A stretch of DNA of 55,994 bases, counting the filler, from Sphacelaria rigidula (taxonomy: Eukaryota), in assembly GCA_964200075.2 (NCBI GenBank). It is 6 parts of 6 records of this genome, joined end to end, with 100 filler letters (N's around TTAATTAATTAA, not from the genome) between each part and the next. Parts side by side here need not be neighbours in the genome. Positions count along the whole stretch, not along the records: positions 9,350 to 18,598 come from CAXNAA020008928.1; positions 18,699 to 27,947 come from CAXNAA020008929.1; 4 more parts are not named here. One strand, 5' to 3'. Below are positions 13,668 through 25,906 of this stretch, piece by piece. Position 1 is the stretch's first letter; each line of letters opens with the position of its first letter. The notes under the pieces are model-generated. The model saw only the letters and a list, made by a program, of their open reading frames with translations. It searched no databases and was not told the DNA's origin. Made by a program: the position numbers and the translations under genes.

Positions 13668-14690
13668 GTATACCCAGTAGATTTGAATGCCTTTGTTTTT
13701 CTATATGAATCTGAGATATGCTAGTGCTGCTGCATCTCGAGAGTAAGATATCGAGAGCAATGGCGAGGGTAATCGGGCCTTTATGACGGTACTCCTCGCT
13801 GCAGTACACTCAGGACGATACAGATGGTACAATCAAGTAGTACCGGGACAGTGCAAAACAGACTACTCGTACTCTACAGTACAGTACAACAGTGTCACCT
13901 GCAGAACTTTTTTTGTTGTTGTTCTTGTTACATGACGCCATTCATCACCGAGTAGATGCATCCCGTTGATGCAACTCAAGCCCTTGTGAGCTTGTGCTTG
14001 CTTCTCGTATTGCAGTGAACTAACCTATCGAAGATACCGTGCAAGCCACAGGCCCACAATGCATGCTTCCCACAGAGTTTCGCTCCTTTGTAGATTCCAC
14101 ACCCTGGACAATACTCGTAAACGGCATATATTGGGACAGCAATAGAATCTGCTGCAGTAGATGCCAATATTGCCGTCCGTAATGGCGATCGATCGGCAAG
14201 TTTATCTTTCTATTGTCGTCGGCAATGTCTGTTGATAGACCAGTTTCCCACACTCTTGTCCGGGCAGCAGTCTGTTGTGGCCCTAAACCGGAATCTATTG
14301 CGGTCGACCAAATGTGTTAATCGATACCTGCAGTTTCCCGAATCTATCAACTCTTTCGAGACTGAAGCTCACCAACACCACGTTCACGACGTGTTCGTAA
14401 AATAATAATAAACAAGTCTGGGAGCGACCTGTCCAATCAGGGCGAGGCGAAAATTATCGACATCAGAACGACCAGTGGAGGGGGGGACTGTTGCCGGGAG
14501 TGATGTCACTGCAAAGTTGGTGTACCCTGTCCCTGGCCCACAGAAAAAGCCTTCGAAGCAAAAGAAAGCCTACACTCTCGGGGCTCGGATTCCCGAATTT
14601 TTCATCATTTACTTGCATTTTACAGTGTTATTCCTTTTCAATAATATGGAGGCGGTATTTTTGGGAAATAGGCGCCCCAACACCGCACAC

Positions 14691-15900
14691 CTGGCGTCTG
14701 ACGGAGCTGAAAGTTGATGTGTGTGTGGGTTGAAGCCGAAGCTATGTATCGACGCGGCAGTTGCGGCGATCCAATGCGTTTTAAGCGCGGCGTGACCTGA
14801 AACGAAGATTTTGGACAATGCTGAACCTGTTCCGAAAAGTATAACACTTTCTAATGACAGTTCTAGAGGGTAATGGTATCAAATCCGTACGGAGCCAGGG
14901 GCATATCCTGCCAGCCTTGTTGTCTACATCGACCCCCTGTCGGTCGAGGCTGGCACCAAGACGAGAGTTGCTCGACAGTGAAGGTTCTCTACATGTTGGA
15001 GGTAGATTCCGTCGGGGTTTAGGCGCCGTGTCGAGCAAAGCGGGGCCGCGCAGAGTAGCCAAAGAGGAGAGTATGTTCAGCCGAGGAGCACTGCGAACCT
15101 GCTCCGGCAGCAGGCAACGTCTCTCATCCTTCAGTGCCAGACTTACCGTTCACGTCATCACCGCAGCCTGAAAATGATAGGGGGGGTTCTTGTAGTTTTC
15201 TTCTATCGCAATCAACCGGATATTCTGCGTCTCTCTGATCCCGCGTCAAGATATTGACATTTCCCTGACAGGCACGCCGTCGGCGTTTCGCGGGCTTGAC
15301 GTCATTTTCATTTGATCCTAGTATACAATTTCCGCCACCCCAGCAGCCACCTGTCGCAACAGGTGTACTGCGTACAGTATGGTACGTTGTTTGTATCGCG
15401 ATCGCATTTTTCGTACTGTACGCAGTACACTTGTCGACAGCAAATGCCAGGGGTGCACTGCGGAATACCACGGGTATAAACAGGAAGCGTGGACGGAGAA
15501 ACACAACTGGCAGTAGCAATGTCCATCGGTACTCCTCGTGCAGTCCCTGCAACACACCGTGGAGCGGGTCTTCTGCGATAACGGTAGTTGTGACGGACAT
15601 CTATCGGTTCAAGTTTGGGTAAGACGTTGAAACCTATTGCGTGAGATGATGCACGGTGTCAGCACCGTGCAGCGTGATCGACTGTTACAGGTAATTTGAA
15701 GCAAACACGGCGCGCGAGTCTTTTCACCGCACATTCCGGCGGTGCTGGGATACAGAGACCTTTAATATCCTTGGCGTCATGTGATAGAATAAGTTACAGC
15801 CCAGGTACGCGCGGGATTTTCGTGGCCAGTTCGGGATCGCTTCTCATCACAGCTCAAGTGTACGTACGCGAGGCACCAGCTGCGAAGGCCTGGGCTGATA
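14691..15900 (-). CDS. Possible internal exons of an unknown gene (15900-15868, 15350-15147, 14796-14691)
   Basis: TAG/GTACGT, CAG/GTAAGT and CAG/GTGTGC borders with consistent phase-1 junctions giving SAQAFAAGAS-RGCWGGGNCILGSNENDVKPAKRRRR...CGDDVN-GHAALK; no recognisable domain. Confidence 0.3.
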
Positions 15901-18315
15901 CTACGGTAGGGGCGTACTTTTTGTGTCTGAGGTCAGGATTTGTTTTCTTGCCTTCATCTAATCCAAAACACCACCAATGAAATATGTGAGAGTGCGCCAG
16001 GTTTGTAATTTCAAAGTACGAAGAATATCCCGAATAAACTTGCAAACGAGGATGCCCTCACCCACACACTATTGTGCATCTAAAGTCGTTCGGAGCCCCT
16101 GAACCAGACAAGATTTTGCGTCGAGAGTGCACTCCTGCCGTAGTATTGCTCCCGGGGGGAACCTTGCCCTCTCGCGTTATCATGACCCCCCAGTATTTGT
16201 GGCGATCAGCATTTCGATGGGTGTTTGTGCACTCATTGGGATGTGGATTGTCTGTAAAGCACGGTCCGTGCGCCCAACTTGTCGTCGTAGTCGTTGTAGT
16301 TGTTGTCTACAGCGTTTAAACCGTTCCGACATCACCGCATCGCTTTGTACCTGGCATATTACGCGGACGCTTCCCGCGGTAATATCAGGCAAAGATTCCA
16401 AACATAGGGCTTAAGAGATTAGAAAAACCAATCGTGGTACAAACAAAACACACAGACGCGAAACAAAAACAGAAAAAAAACGAATGAAAGTGGTATCAAA
16501 ACAACTAAAACGCAAAGGAGACAAAAATAGGGGGTCGTCGGCGCGCGCGATCGCTTCGCGGTAGCAAGTCGTGCACACCCCACAAGCATACATATCGCAA
16601 ATCTCGACAGGTTTTGCGTGCCTCCCCGCCCCTCGCGATGATATCCCAGCCGCCGTGTGACGTGAAAACTCATCTAAGTATTTTCAAGCTTCGCACCACT
16701 CGGTGACTAATACAACCTGAAATGAGTGTTGCCGTGCAGCACCGCTAGAACAATCAAATGACGCCCCTGCACGGCACCGCGCTAAATGAAAACCCTCGCC
16801 TCTATCCGCCCCGGCCCCCGCATATATGCCGTCGCACCGCACGGCCCGCAACTTTGGGCGCTTCCACACTTCCACACAAATTGTCTTTGTCGTCGCAATT
16901 GCCACCACCTCATCACCCAACAATTAGCTTGGCGTCACACATGACGGGCGGGCCGTGGTGCATCCACCTCGGCCGCCAAGTACACTCGCCGCCGGGTCCG
17001 GACGTTGGGATTTGCGCGGCAGAATCACGGGGTGACCGGCGTTACTACAGCATAAGTTCATCTGCCCCGTCCCTGCGGCCGCACTCCCTCCCGTTAAATG
17101 CCATGCCTTGCCATCCTGCGGCGCCCTTCGTCCCATGGACATCGGGTAAATCTTTAGACCTGTCCGACGTGAATACCTGCGCCACTCCCTGTAACAGGCG
17201 CGCACGACGGTGGTGTGGCGTGTTTAATTCCGGTGATATTCCAGCATGAAGTTGCTCTATTTGAATCATTGATTGATTGTCGCACTTTGACTGCCCCCCC
17301 AGGGATCTAGCCGTGGTCTCATGATAGACGTACCCAATAAAACAAAGACTGAAACACTCGCTGAAGAAAAGAAGGAACAGATAAAACAAAAAGTCGACCA
17401 GAACGACATGTTAGAGTGATTGGTAAGAAAATAATAATATTCAAGTGCGAGAATCAGTCAACCAATCAATCAATCAATCAAGCATCGACGATAAGAAAAA
17501 AAGTCAAGAAAAGCAAAGCACAGAAGTTAATGGCCGACCTAAAACTAGGAAAAAAGGAAGAGAAGAGGAAAGTAAAGAGCAGGGGCGATACAATTAAAAC
17601 AATATTTATAAAAAAAGCAAAAGCCTCTGGGATTGAGGGCAGCAGAGCAGGTACAGATACACACCAGTGGGCACGGTTCGGTCATCGAACAACATGATCA
17701 ACACCCGATATGATTTATGTCAGACGCAATATTCACTACTTCGGGGAATTTTGTGAACATTCTCATCTGCGGTGATTTTGCATGACTTGCGCGCGCGACT
17801 CCTGTTGTTGCCGTGCGGTTTTCCAATATCGTGTTCTGTACGGTCTGTATACCAGAGGCACTCTCCCAGGTATTCACGACATTTTATTATTCCGCCTGTT
17901 ACTTTTTGCTGTACGTCTACGTATACTATATACTTATGTCATCCTTTTATTCTGCTTCTAAGGGTTGTCAGGGTCGGTTTTGAGTTTTGCTATGTCTTGG
18001 GTACGTCTATGATGTCACCTCCGCCGACTTGCTGGGGGCTTACTTCAAGTGCGACAATTTGCGCGTAAGGGCGGTGCTTCGCTCACCGTCTGCTGGCCCC
18101 GCAACCCCCGAAGTAGCACCCGGTGCATGTCCCGTTGAGATCGCTGCGGCCGCCGTGTCATCCGGGCCTATAGCGGGAGGTCCGCATGCACCGTTGCATC
18201 CACAATATCCATATACACATCGCTTGCCCCTCTTGCCACAACTGCCGTTAACAGACAATTCTATAGAGTGAGGTTCATCAATTAAATGAGATTCGAGCCC
18301 AAAACAGTACTTTCT

Positions 18316-18598
18316 CCCCACTTTCAGCGATGGTGCCCAATGACTTTCTTGTCGGTCTAATGCCCCTCGATCGCGTGGATACTTCTTGAGCGCATTTTAC
18401 CGACTCTGTGAGCTTACAGCGCTGTCCAAAACCGCCATTTCTACTTATGTTGTAGGGGGGGTGATATCAGGGTAAACAGCGGTTTCGGTCAGCGCTGTAA
18501 GCTCACAGAGTCGGTGAAATACGCTGAAGAAGTATCTACGCGATCGAGGGGCACTAGGCCGACAAAAAAGTCATTGGGCACCATCGCTGAAAGTGTGG
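18316..18598. repeat. Foldback/MITE-like inverted repeat, ~120-bp arms, ~40-bp spacer, cut by the segment end
   Basis: CACTTTCAGCGATGGTGCCCAATGACTTT...ACCGACTCTGTGAGCTTACAGCGCTG pairs with CAGCGCTGTAAGCTCACAGAGTCGGT...AAAGTCATTGGGCACCATCGCTGAAAGTG. Confidence 0.9.
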
Positions 18599-18698
18599 NN
18601 NNNNNNNNNNNNNNNNNNNNNNNNNNNNNNNNNNNNNNNNNNTTAATTAATTAANNNNNNNNNNNNNNNNNNNNNNNNNNNNNNNNNNNNNNNNNNNN
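18599..18698. other. Artificial 100-bp contig linker
   Basis: Same N/TTAATTAATTAA/N pattern. Confidence 0.97.
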
Positions 18699-18721
18699 AT
18701 CCTTTTTTTTTGTTTCGGCAG

Positions 18722-21700
18722 TACCCCAAACCTTTGATCGATCGCCTCAAGTCGGAGCTAAGCGGATCGTTCGAGGACCTTGTGCTCGCTCTCCTCAAGG
18801 GAGAGCGCCAAGAAGATGTCGTCGACGAGGGGCTTGCAGTCCAGCAGGCTCAAGAGTTGCATGATGCCGGCATCGGCAAAAGGATGGGCACAGACAAGAA
18901 GACCTTCATCCGCATCATCACGCAGGCCTCACGCCCCCAAATTGAGGTACTGTACACTGTACTGCGGCCTGGATCGTGCCGAATCTTGTGGCATCATATT
19001 ATTTCACCGCTCTATACTGGTCGGACTTAAGCACCCCTCTGATTGTATCAGCTGATGGCTTTTGTTGAAGAATTGTGTTAAGAGTGGGCGGGTAGGGGGT
19101 GGGGCACTTTTCAGTGCATGCCGTAGCCATAAGACCGTTGATCTCACATCCCTACAAAGCCAGAACGGAGCACGCCGGGTTTCCGCCGGACCAGGCACGC
19201 AATCAAACACCGAGCACGAAGTGCCGTGATGTGTTCGGCGAGTCACATGAAGGGTGAGCTGGACCTTGCGAAGATTGTCCGGCCCGAAGCGTACTGATTG
19301 TCATGCATCTGGATGACAGCCTCCAACGAGTTGCTTCATTTTCTGATATCGCCACGTGCAGAGATAGCCGCGGCTTACGCACTGCCTCACGGGCGTCTCA
19401 CCATATAAACACTACGTGGTACGATCACCCCCTTTGCACAGAATGGAAGTTCTCCCACCCTGCACAAAATGATCTAGCTCGACCACCATTATGGTTACCG
19501 CAAAAAAGACGCAAGCGTGCAAGGACGAAATCCGGATCGGGGGGAGGCAGGATTGTTTTAAGACCAAACGGAAGGTTGTAAACTGTTGTGGAGTAGGATT
19601 TTGTCCGGCTCATGGTTGCCGTACAAGAGCCAACGTGTTGTCGTTCGTTTTTGTTTCTCTCCTGCAGGACCAGTTTTCTCCGAAATAAGGTAAAAATCAA
19701 GCAAGATGCCACGGCTGTATCCTGTTGTGACAAACATAAGGTTGGGGTTGGCTTCGCGGTAGGCTGTTTATTTTCAGTCAAATATCCCACAATATTTTGT
19801 CGGAAAAGTCAACATTTTTTGCGTCGAATTTTTGTCCTGATTTATTTTGTTCGTGTTATGCCTCAACGTCTAACCTGTTGGAACATCCCTCGCACGGTCG
19901 GAAGGTCCCACAGAAACCTTAACGAGTACATCAAACCAACGTTTTTTTACCCGCGCTATGCCCCACAGCGTCGCTTCCCCCCGCGTACGTGCGTGTGCTT
20001 CCGTTCCCCGCGCCATTCCATGGGTGTGACGTGTCGTCTCCTACGAATGTGCGTGCACGCTGTCAGCTCATCCGCAAGCACTACGAGCTGAACCACGGCA
20101 TGTCCTTAGAGAGGGCCATAAAAAAGGAATGCTCTGGCTCATTCGAGGACCTCTTGCTGGCGCTCATCGTGGAGCCAATCACCTACTACGCCCTCTGCGT
20201 AAGTCCGTGTGCCTTTTCCTACCGTCTCACCAGGCGTTTGCAATGAAACGATGAAGAGGCTTCCATTGTAGTAAGGGTCGGACGAGATGCCAAAATGTTT
20301 TGTTCTCTGCCGCACAATACTTCCTGGTGCATGACCACTTTCTATGCGTATTTATGCGCGTTAGTTAGTCAAAGTTTAGAACGGTATGGGTGAATGTGTT
20401 GTTTGGAGTGAGCGTGGGGGAGTTGCAGTATATCGCATCGAGAGAGCTCCGTTGGGAAGTTGGGAAAAAATCGTCTGTGTGTGCAACCGCGCTGATGGGA
20501 AGGTTTTGGATAGTTTCGACGATGCGTCGACGTGGACAACGACCATTTTTTTATGCTTTCGACGACAGTACCCGGCTTCATGGGCCGGCCGATGTCGGTA
20601 GTGGACACGAAAAGATGTATCAATGATCAAAATACGGTGCAACGATGGCCGAAATCGGCAAAGATGTGAACAGAAAGAGCTGAAGCCCCAACAATGATGG
20701 CACTATGACCCGAAGGAAAACTAGTCGTGTTTTGGGATTCTAAACGGAGCGATCCTACATGTTTGCTGAGTAGGCACCGTCCCGTTCTTTTCTCCATGTG
20801 CGCCAGAGTTGAGCATCACCACGTGTTATCGGGTAACAGAACGGAAGCCGAGTCAAATCCACGCCGTTTTTCGGGCCCTGAGGGAAGCTCGTTATGCACT
20901 GAACCACCGTACAGCAGCGAAAATTGCCACTTTACCCCTTTTTCTGTTCATTTGCCGTAGGTTGAGGCGGTTCAGTTTTTCGCAGTTTCGCTGCCCTTCA
21001 TTTGAGGGAAAAAGTGTCCTCCGACGCCGTTGGGGCGGAGGTTGTCACTCTCAATTGGTGAATTTGGGGTCATGAGTTTTCACTTGTAGGGAAAAAGTGT
21101 GTCAACCATATTGCGCGTTCGAGTGGTTTCGTTTGAAGGAAGCACAGAAAAGGGGAGAAGAACGCCAATTCTACCTTGACACATTTGTGATTCGATCAGT
21201 CAAGAAGATACCCACCGTAATTGCACGCTTATTCTTCTGTTGAGGTATTTTATACAAGAGAAGTCCTGACGACGAAGCGATGTGACGGTACTGCATTCAG
21301 CATACCAGATATTTCGCCCGAGCGCCAGGTGTTCACCCGCCTTGCTTTCCTTGCGCGCTTGACACCATTTGGCACACCGCATCACCCCTATTTCCTCCCT
21401 TTTCACCCACAACTACACTCTCCGTAATTATTTTCTTAGTAGACAAAACCTCCTCGCCGTTCGGCCGCCCGTTACTCACCCGCCTGTTACATTTCCACGG
21501 GCTGGCTGTGTACGCGCGTTTGTGTGTTTGTGCGTGCAACGATGGATGTGTCCTCGGTTGTAAACAGCTCAAGGAGGCATTCCAGGGCGTTGGGACGGAC
21601 AAGTCAGCCGTGGCCCGCATCCTGGGCGGTAACGACAAGGTACAGAGTGGCGTCATCGTGCGTTGGTCGGGTTTGGAGTGTTGCGGTGGCCGATGGTGGT

Positions 21701-24700
21701 TTGGGTGTGTATGTATGTGGCAGGTTTTGTTGGAAAACTTGGCCAATTTGCTTTTCAAGTGCGCCGCCCACTGCTACGTCACAGCATGTAGTTCGGCTCC
21801 CAAGCAGCTCTGCGTTGTTGCATGTACTGAGATTTGTCCCCCGCCGCCCCCCCCCCCGCCCCACGCATGCGAGGTCAATCGTCAAATGCCTACCGCATGC
21901 AAGATTATGAGTACACCCCTTCTTCCACACACCCCGCGCGCGACACCCATGCACGACCCCACCCCGGACCCTTGCACTTTTTTTTTTCTTCTCGTTTGCG
22001 TCATCGGGCAGGCGACGGTGCAGCAAATCGCAGACCGCTTCCAGGAAAATTATGGGGAAAGCTTGGTGAGTATTTTTTTGTCGCCGTGAGAGTGGACAAG
22101 TTGACACGCGTGAGTAAAGGACGGGAGACCATATATGGAAACAATATCACCGCTGGATCGTCCCCAGGCTATTTGGTGAGGCGGGGGACTCGGTGGATAT
22201 GTAGAGGCATATTGTACTGAATTCCAGACGATGACTAGAAATATTGTCCAGCATGTGTTGCCTAGCAAGAGAACATTCCGGCCGCCTTGCGTACAGTGAT
22301 TGATCGTTCTGAGGTCTTTAGCTACGATCGGCGTTGGGCCAAAGAAGCGCTTCGTATTCGAGGGAAAGTGGCTATTTGTGGTTGAGGCGACATTTATCTC
22401 ATGAAATCCATCTGAACCGCGAAAACGTGCGTCATGGTAGTAGTGTACCGTAGTGTGAGTACTACTAGTGCTTGATTGTCATGTGCAAATGGTCCCTTCT
22501 CGAGTATGCTGCTAGAGGGAACAAAACAGACCACTTTGCATGGTTTTGGACAATCTTCCTACTACGGGGGAACATTGTTAGTACAGTAGGAGTTAAAAAT
22601 GCGCGAGGAATTTTTTTCAAGAAAAAATGTGCAAATAATAATCTTACTTATACGCGTCTACACGGTATTTTCTTCCGCAGTTTTCAGACAACACCCACGG
22701 GAGGACATGAGTAATGATATGCATTGTGCACACCGTAGGAAAGCTGGCAACTGTGGTGGTTTCCTCCCCAGGCGTATTGTACAACATGCAGAAGAGGAGG
22801 TCAAGATGATCATAACAGCACTGTTTTTCGTTCGGGGGGAGGAACGCCATCCCCACACCCTTTGAACAAACATGCAAACGATCAAACGACATATCGATGA
22901 CAACCTTGGAATATAACCGAGGAAGCTCTTGAAACCGTCTTTCTAATTTTGAAGATGCGCACGAGAAATTACCAGCTGAAGTGGGGGGCTGCAGGTCGAA
23001 GCGTACCCCAGAGCGATGCCCCGCAAAAGAGGTCGGAAAACAGCAGCGCCACCTGGCGCTGCACCAAAGGTGGCAAGAGACGAGCTACTCATGTACATCG
23101 AGAAGCAGATGGAAGGACGTGAAAAAATCGTTGCTGGGCGAGAGACAGCCATTGCTGTAATACAGCCCCGTTTCGTTTGCGCTGCATTTCTGTTCCATTC
23201 CGCGTTTTCTGTCCCGCGACGTGTTTTCTGTGTGTGTTCGTTGCATGCACGTGAACCGGTGTCAGCTTTCTCCAATGCGTTTCTACATTATTTCAATGTC
23301 CGTGAGCGTTTCACCCGTTGTATGTGTATGATTTATAGCCAGAGGTACAAAAATCTCTTTTTTTTTTTTCTTATTATCTCTGAAGGTGAGACTTCAACCA
23401 TGCACAATAGTAATATATCTGGTTTGTCCTGCTGTAATCGTTTGACATAACACCATGAGCTCTCAACGGAAAACTACGGCAGTTGGTACCAAAACGCCGC
23501 CCCTTCATACGAAGCACTACTGTACGTGTACTGTCCGGTTCTCTCCGAAAGCATGTGCCAGTTCTAACCGACGTCATGCTGTGATTTTGTGTGCATCTGG
23601 AATATTTTCGTACGCGCAGATTGCAGCGCTGAAGAGCGAGTTGAGCGGACGCCTGCGTCGCGCAACGCTGACCTGGGTTGCGGCTACCGACCCCATGCAC
23701 GCGGGGTAAGCGATTCGATAATGTGATGCTCACTCACCTGAGCCAGCAGCATAACGGCGCACCCTCCGATTCCCCCACCCTACCGACGAACAACTAGACG
23801 GGCGTGCATATATTGCGTGCACACGGCGGCGTCTCTCGTGCCATACCCGAAGTCCTCGAGGACACGTCAGATGAGAAAACACACATATCATCAATGAAAG
23901 AAGAGAACGCGGCATATATACAAGACGCGAGCCGTTGAATCATACTGGTTGTCAAGACGTGCTCAACACTGTATCACAGGAAGCAACTGAAGCAATCACA
24001 ACACACGAGCAGGCACAACACAGGCATGATACCCATGCCTGCGACATCATGACACCCACACACACTGAAAGAAGAGAGACGTTTTCGAACCACAACATCT
24101 CTTTTGCAGAGGCAAACTAGCCGAAGCTTTGGAAGATCTGCCGGAAGACGAACCCTGCGCGGAGGACGAGGTTATCGTGGACGAGGAGGATAAAGAGGCC
24201 GAACCAGAGCCGGAACTGCCCCCCCCCCCGCCCCCGAGCTACAGCAACCACGTCGCCGCACAGGGTGGCGGCCCTCCCCCGCAGTACAACGTCACTCACG
24301 TTACACAGGTAGGGAAACAGGATCGGGACTAGACGGTAGGGATGCGACGGAGGGATGACGTCCAAATGTTGGTGCTATGCAGAATCAGTTTTGAAGCCGT
24401 GTGAAAGCGCTATTTCGGAAGCGTGAGATGTCGAGTCTTGAAGACATGTGAGATACCGGCGGGGAGTTGCGGATGAGGGCTGGGCTGAAGTGGTCATGCT
24501 GAGGTGTTGTGTGAGGGGGACGGAGGTGGCGGAGGGGCGGGCTGCTTTGCTATTATCATTGCTGTGTGCTCGTGCGGGCGTTTTTGTGCAGTTGATACAA
24601 GTGCGTTCAGCACCCTTACCAAGAAACAGCCAAGGCAAGTGACGGCCCTCTCCCCAACGTGCAGGCCACAGGCACGGTATAGAGAAAATTCTAAGGGAGC

Positions 24701-25906
24701 GGGCAAGCGTGAAAACAAACAAAAGTCATCAACTGGAGGAAGTAGGAGCATTTTTTTATAAACGCTTGGTAGGGCACTTGATATATGGATGAAGTAAAGT
24801 AATGGCCCGAAAATAGCAAACAAACGAGGTTATCCGTTCATGTGACAGTCATGTCCAAGGGTCCCAACAAGTTTCCATGTTTTCACGTGACTTGACAAGA
24901 AGACCATATTGTCAACAAAAGGGCGCTCGCTCTACTCGAGAAAAAATTTGACGTCCGCCACAATTGATTGAACTCTGTGGGCTAGGGTACCCCTCCAGTC
25001 GTATTAAATCTCGCTAAGGAGTAGCCACCCGCGTCGATAGTCCCTAATATGCATGGCGACAACCGTACCTCTGTTTTAAATCACGCAGAACTGCAGAACC
25101 GGTGCATGCTAATATTCGCTGCCGAAACCCCGCCCCGTTCCCCTGATGCTTTCACCTCTCCGATTTTTACCCCCGCCCGTACAGGATGAGGGTTAGGGTG
25201 CGGGAAAAGAGTAGTGAGACGAACCAGGGTTTGGAACACAGTCTCACAGGGTAGGGGTTGGTCAAGTCATGGTAGTCTTGGCGAGAAAGTACGGCGTGGG
25301 AGTGAAAATGTCAGTACCTTGTGCAATACTGTAAACTATCGATCAATTCTTGTGAAATTAAGCATGGGCGACAGCTTCTCTAGTGTCTTGCCCTTGACCA
25401 GAACCCCCCAAAATAGCCCAAATCCCCCAGAACCAACCCAATCCCACCCCGACTCTTTCATTAGACCCGTTCATGAAAATCAAACAGTCAATCAACCCCG
25501 CCTCCCCCCCTTGTTATTTTGTATTGACGGGTTGATGTTGAAAGTGCGCTTGGGTGGGTGGGTGGGTCGAGACGTGCGGTCATTTGTAATGTTCGTATTG
25601 CAGACAGCTGTACAGACGAACAAGACCGAGGCTACTAAATAGCAACAGCATGACATATGGAAACAGTTACCGATACATTAACCTCTACAGTGTATTAACA
25701 CTGTAGCCGCCACGTCTGTTTCCTCACCTAAACGCCCACCCCTCAACCCCCCACCCCCCTTCCTCCCCCAACAGTACTACCAGGCGCCACCGCCACCCGC
25801 AGCTATCTACTACGTGGCCCCGTCCCAGCAAGTCCATGGCGCAACGTCTGTCCACGCTCTCGGGGGCATGATGGCTCAGGGCATGAACTTCTACCCAACA
25901 AGGTGA
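18722..25906 (+). CDS. Annexin, 5'-partial; exons 18722-18946, 20067-20198, 21568-21639, 22012-22065, 23620-23705, 24110-24308, 25775-25906
   Basis: Every exon has a CAG acceptor and (except the last) a GT donor, with matching phases. The spliced peptide has annexin-repeat signatures LKSELSGSFEDLVLALL, AQELHDAGIGKRMGTDK, AIKKECSGSFEDLLLAL, LKEAFQGVGTDK and LKSELSG. The end could instead splice at AG|GTGAG (25902/25903). Confidence 0.93.
19120..19490 (+). repeat. Interspersed repeat family R1 in an annexin intron
   Basis: Colinear similarity to the reverse complement of 36980-37296 (e.g. CATCTGGATGACAGCCTC, GATCTAGCTCGACCACCAT) and to 7540-7629. Confidence 0.8.

Noticed and set aside
17961-18271. 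5' exons of the annexin
   Set aside because: It lies in a different segment across a linker and has no annexin motifs.
21508-22220. Long overlapping ORFs on both strands
   Set aside because: Only the two short annexin exons are coding; the rest is intron read-through or antisense shadow.
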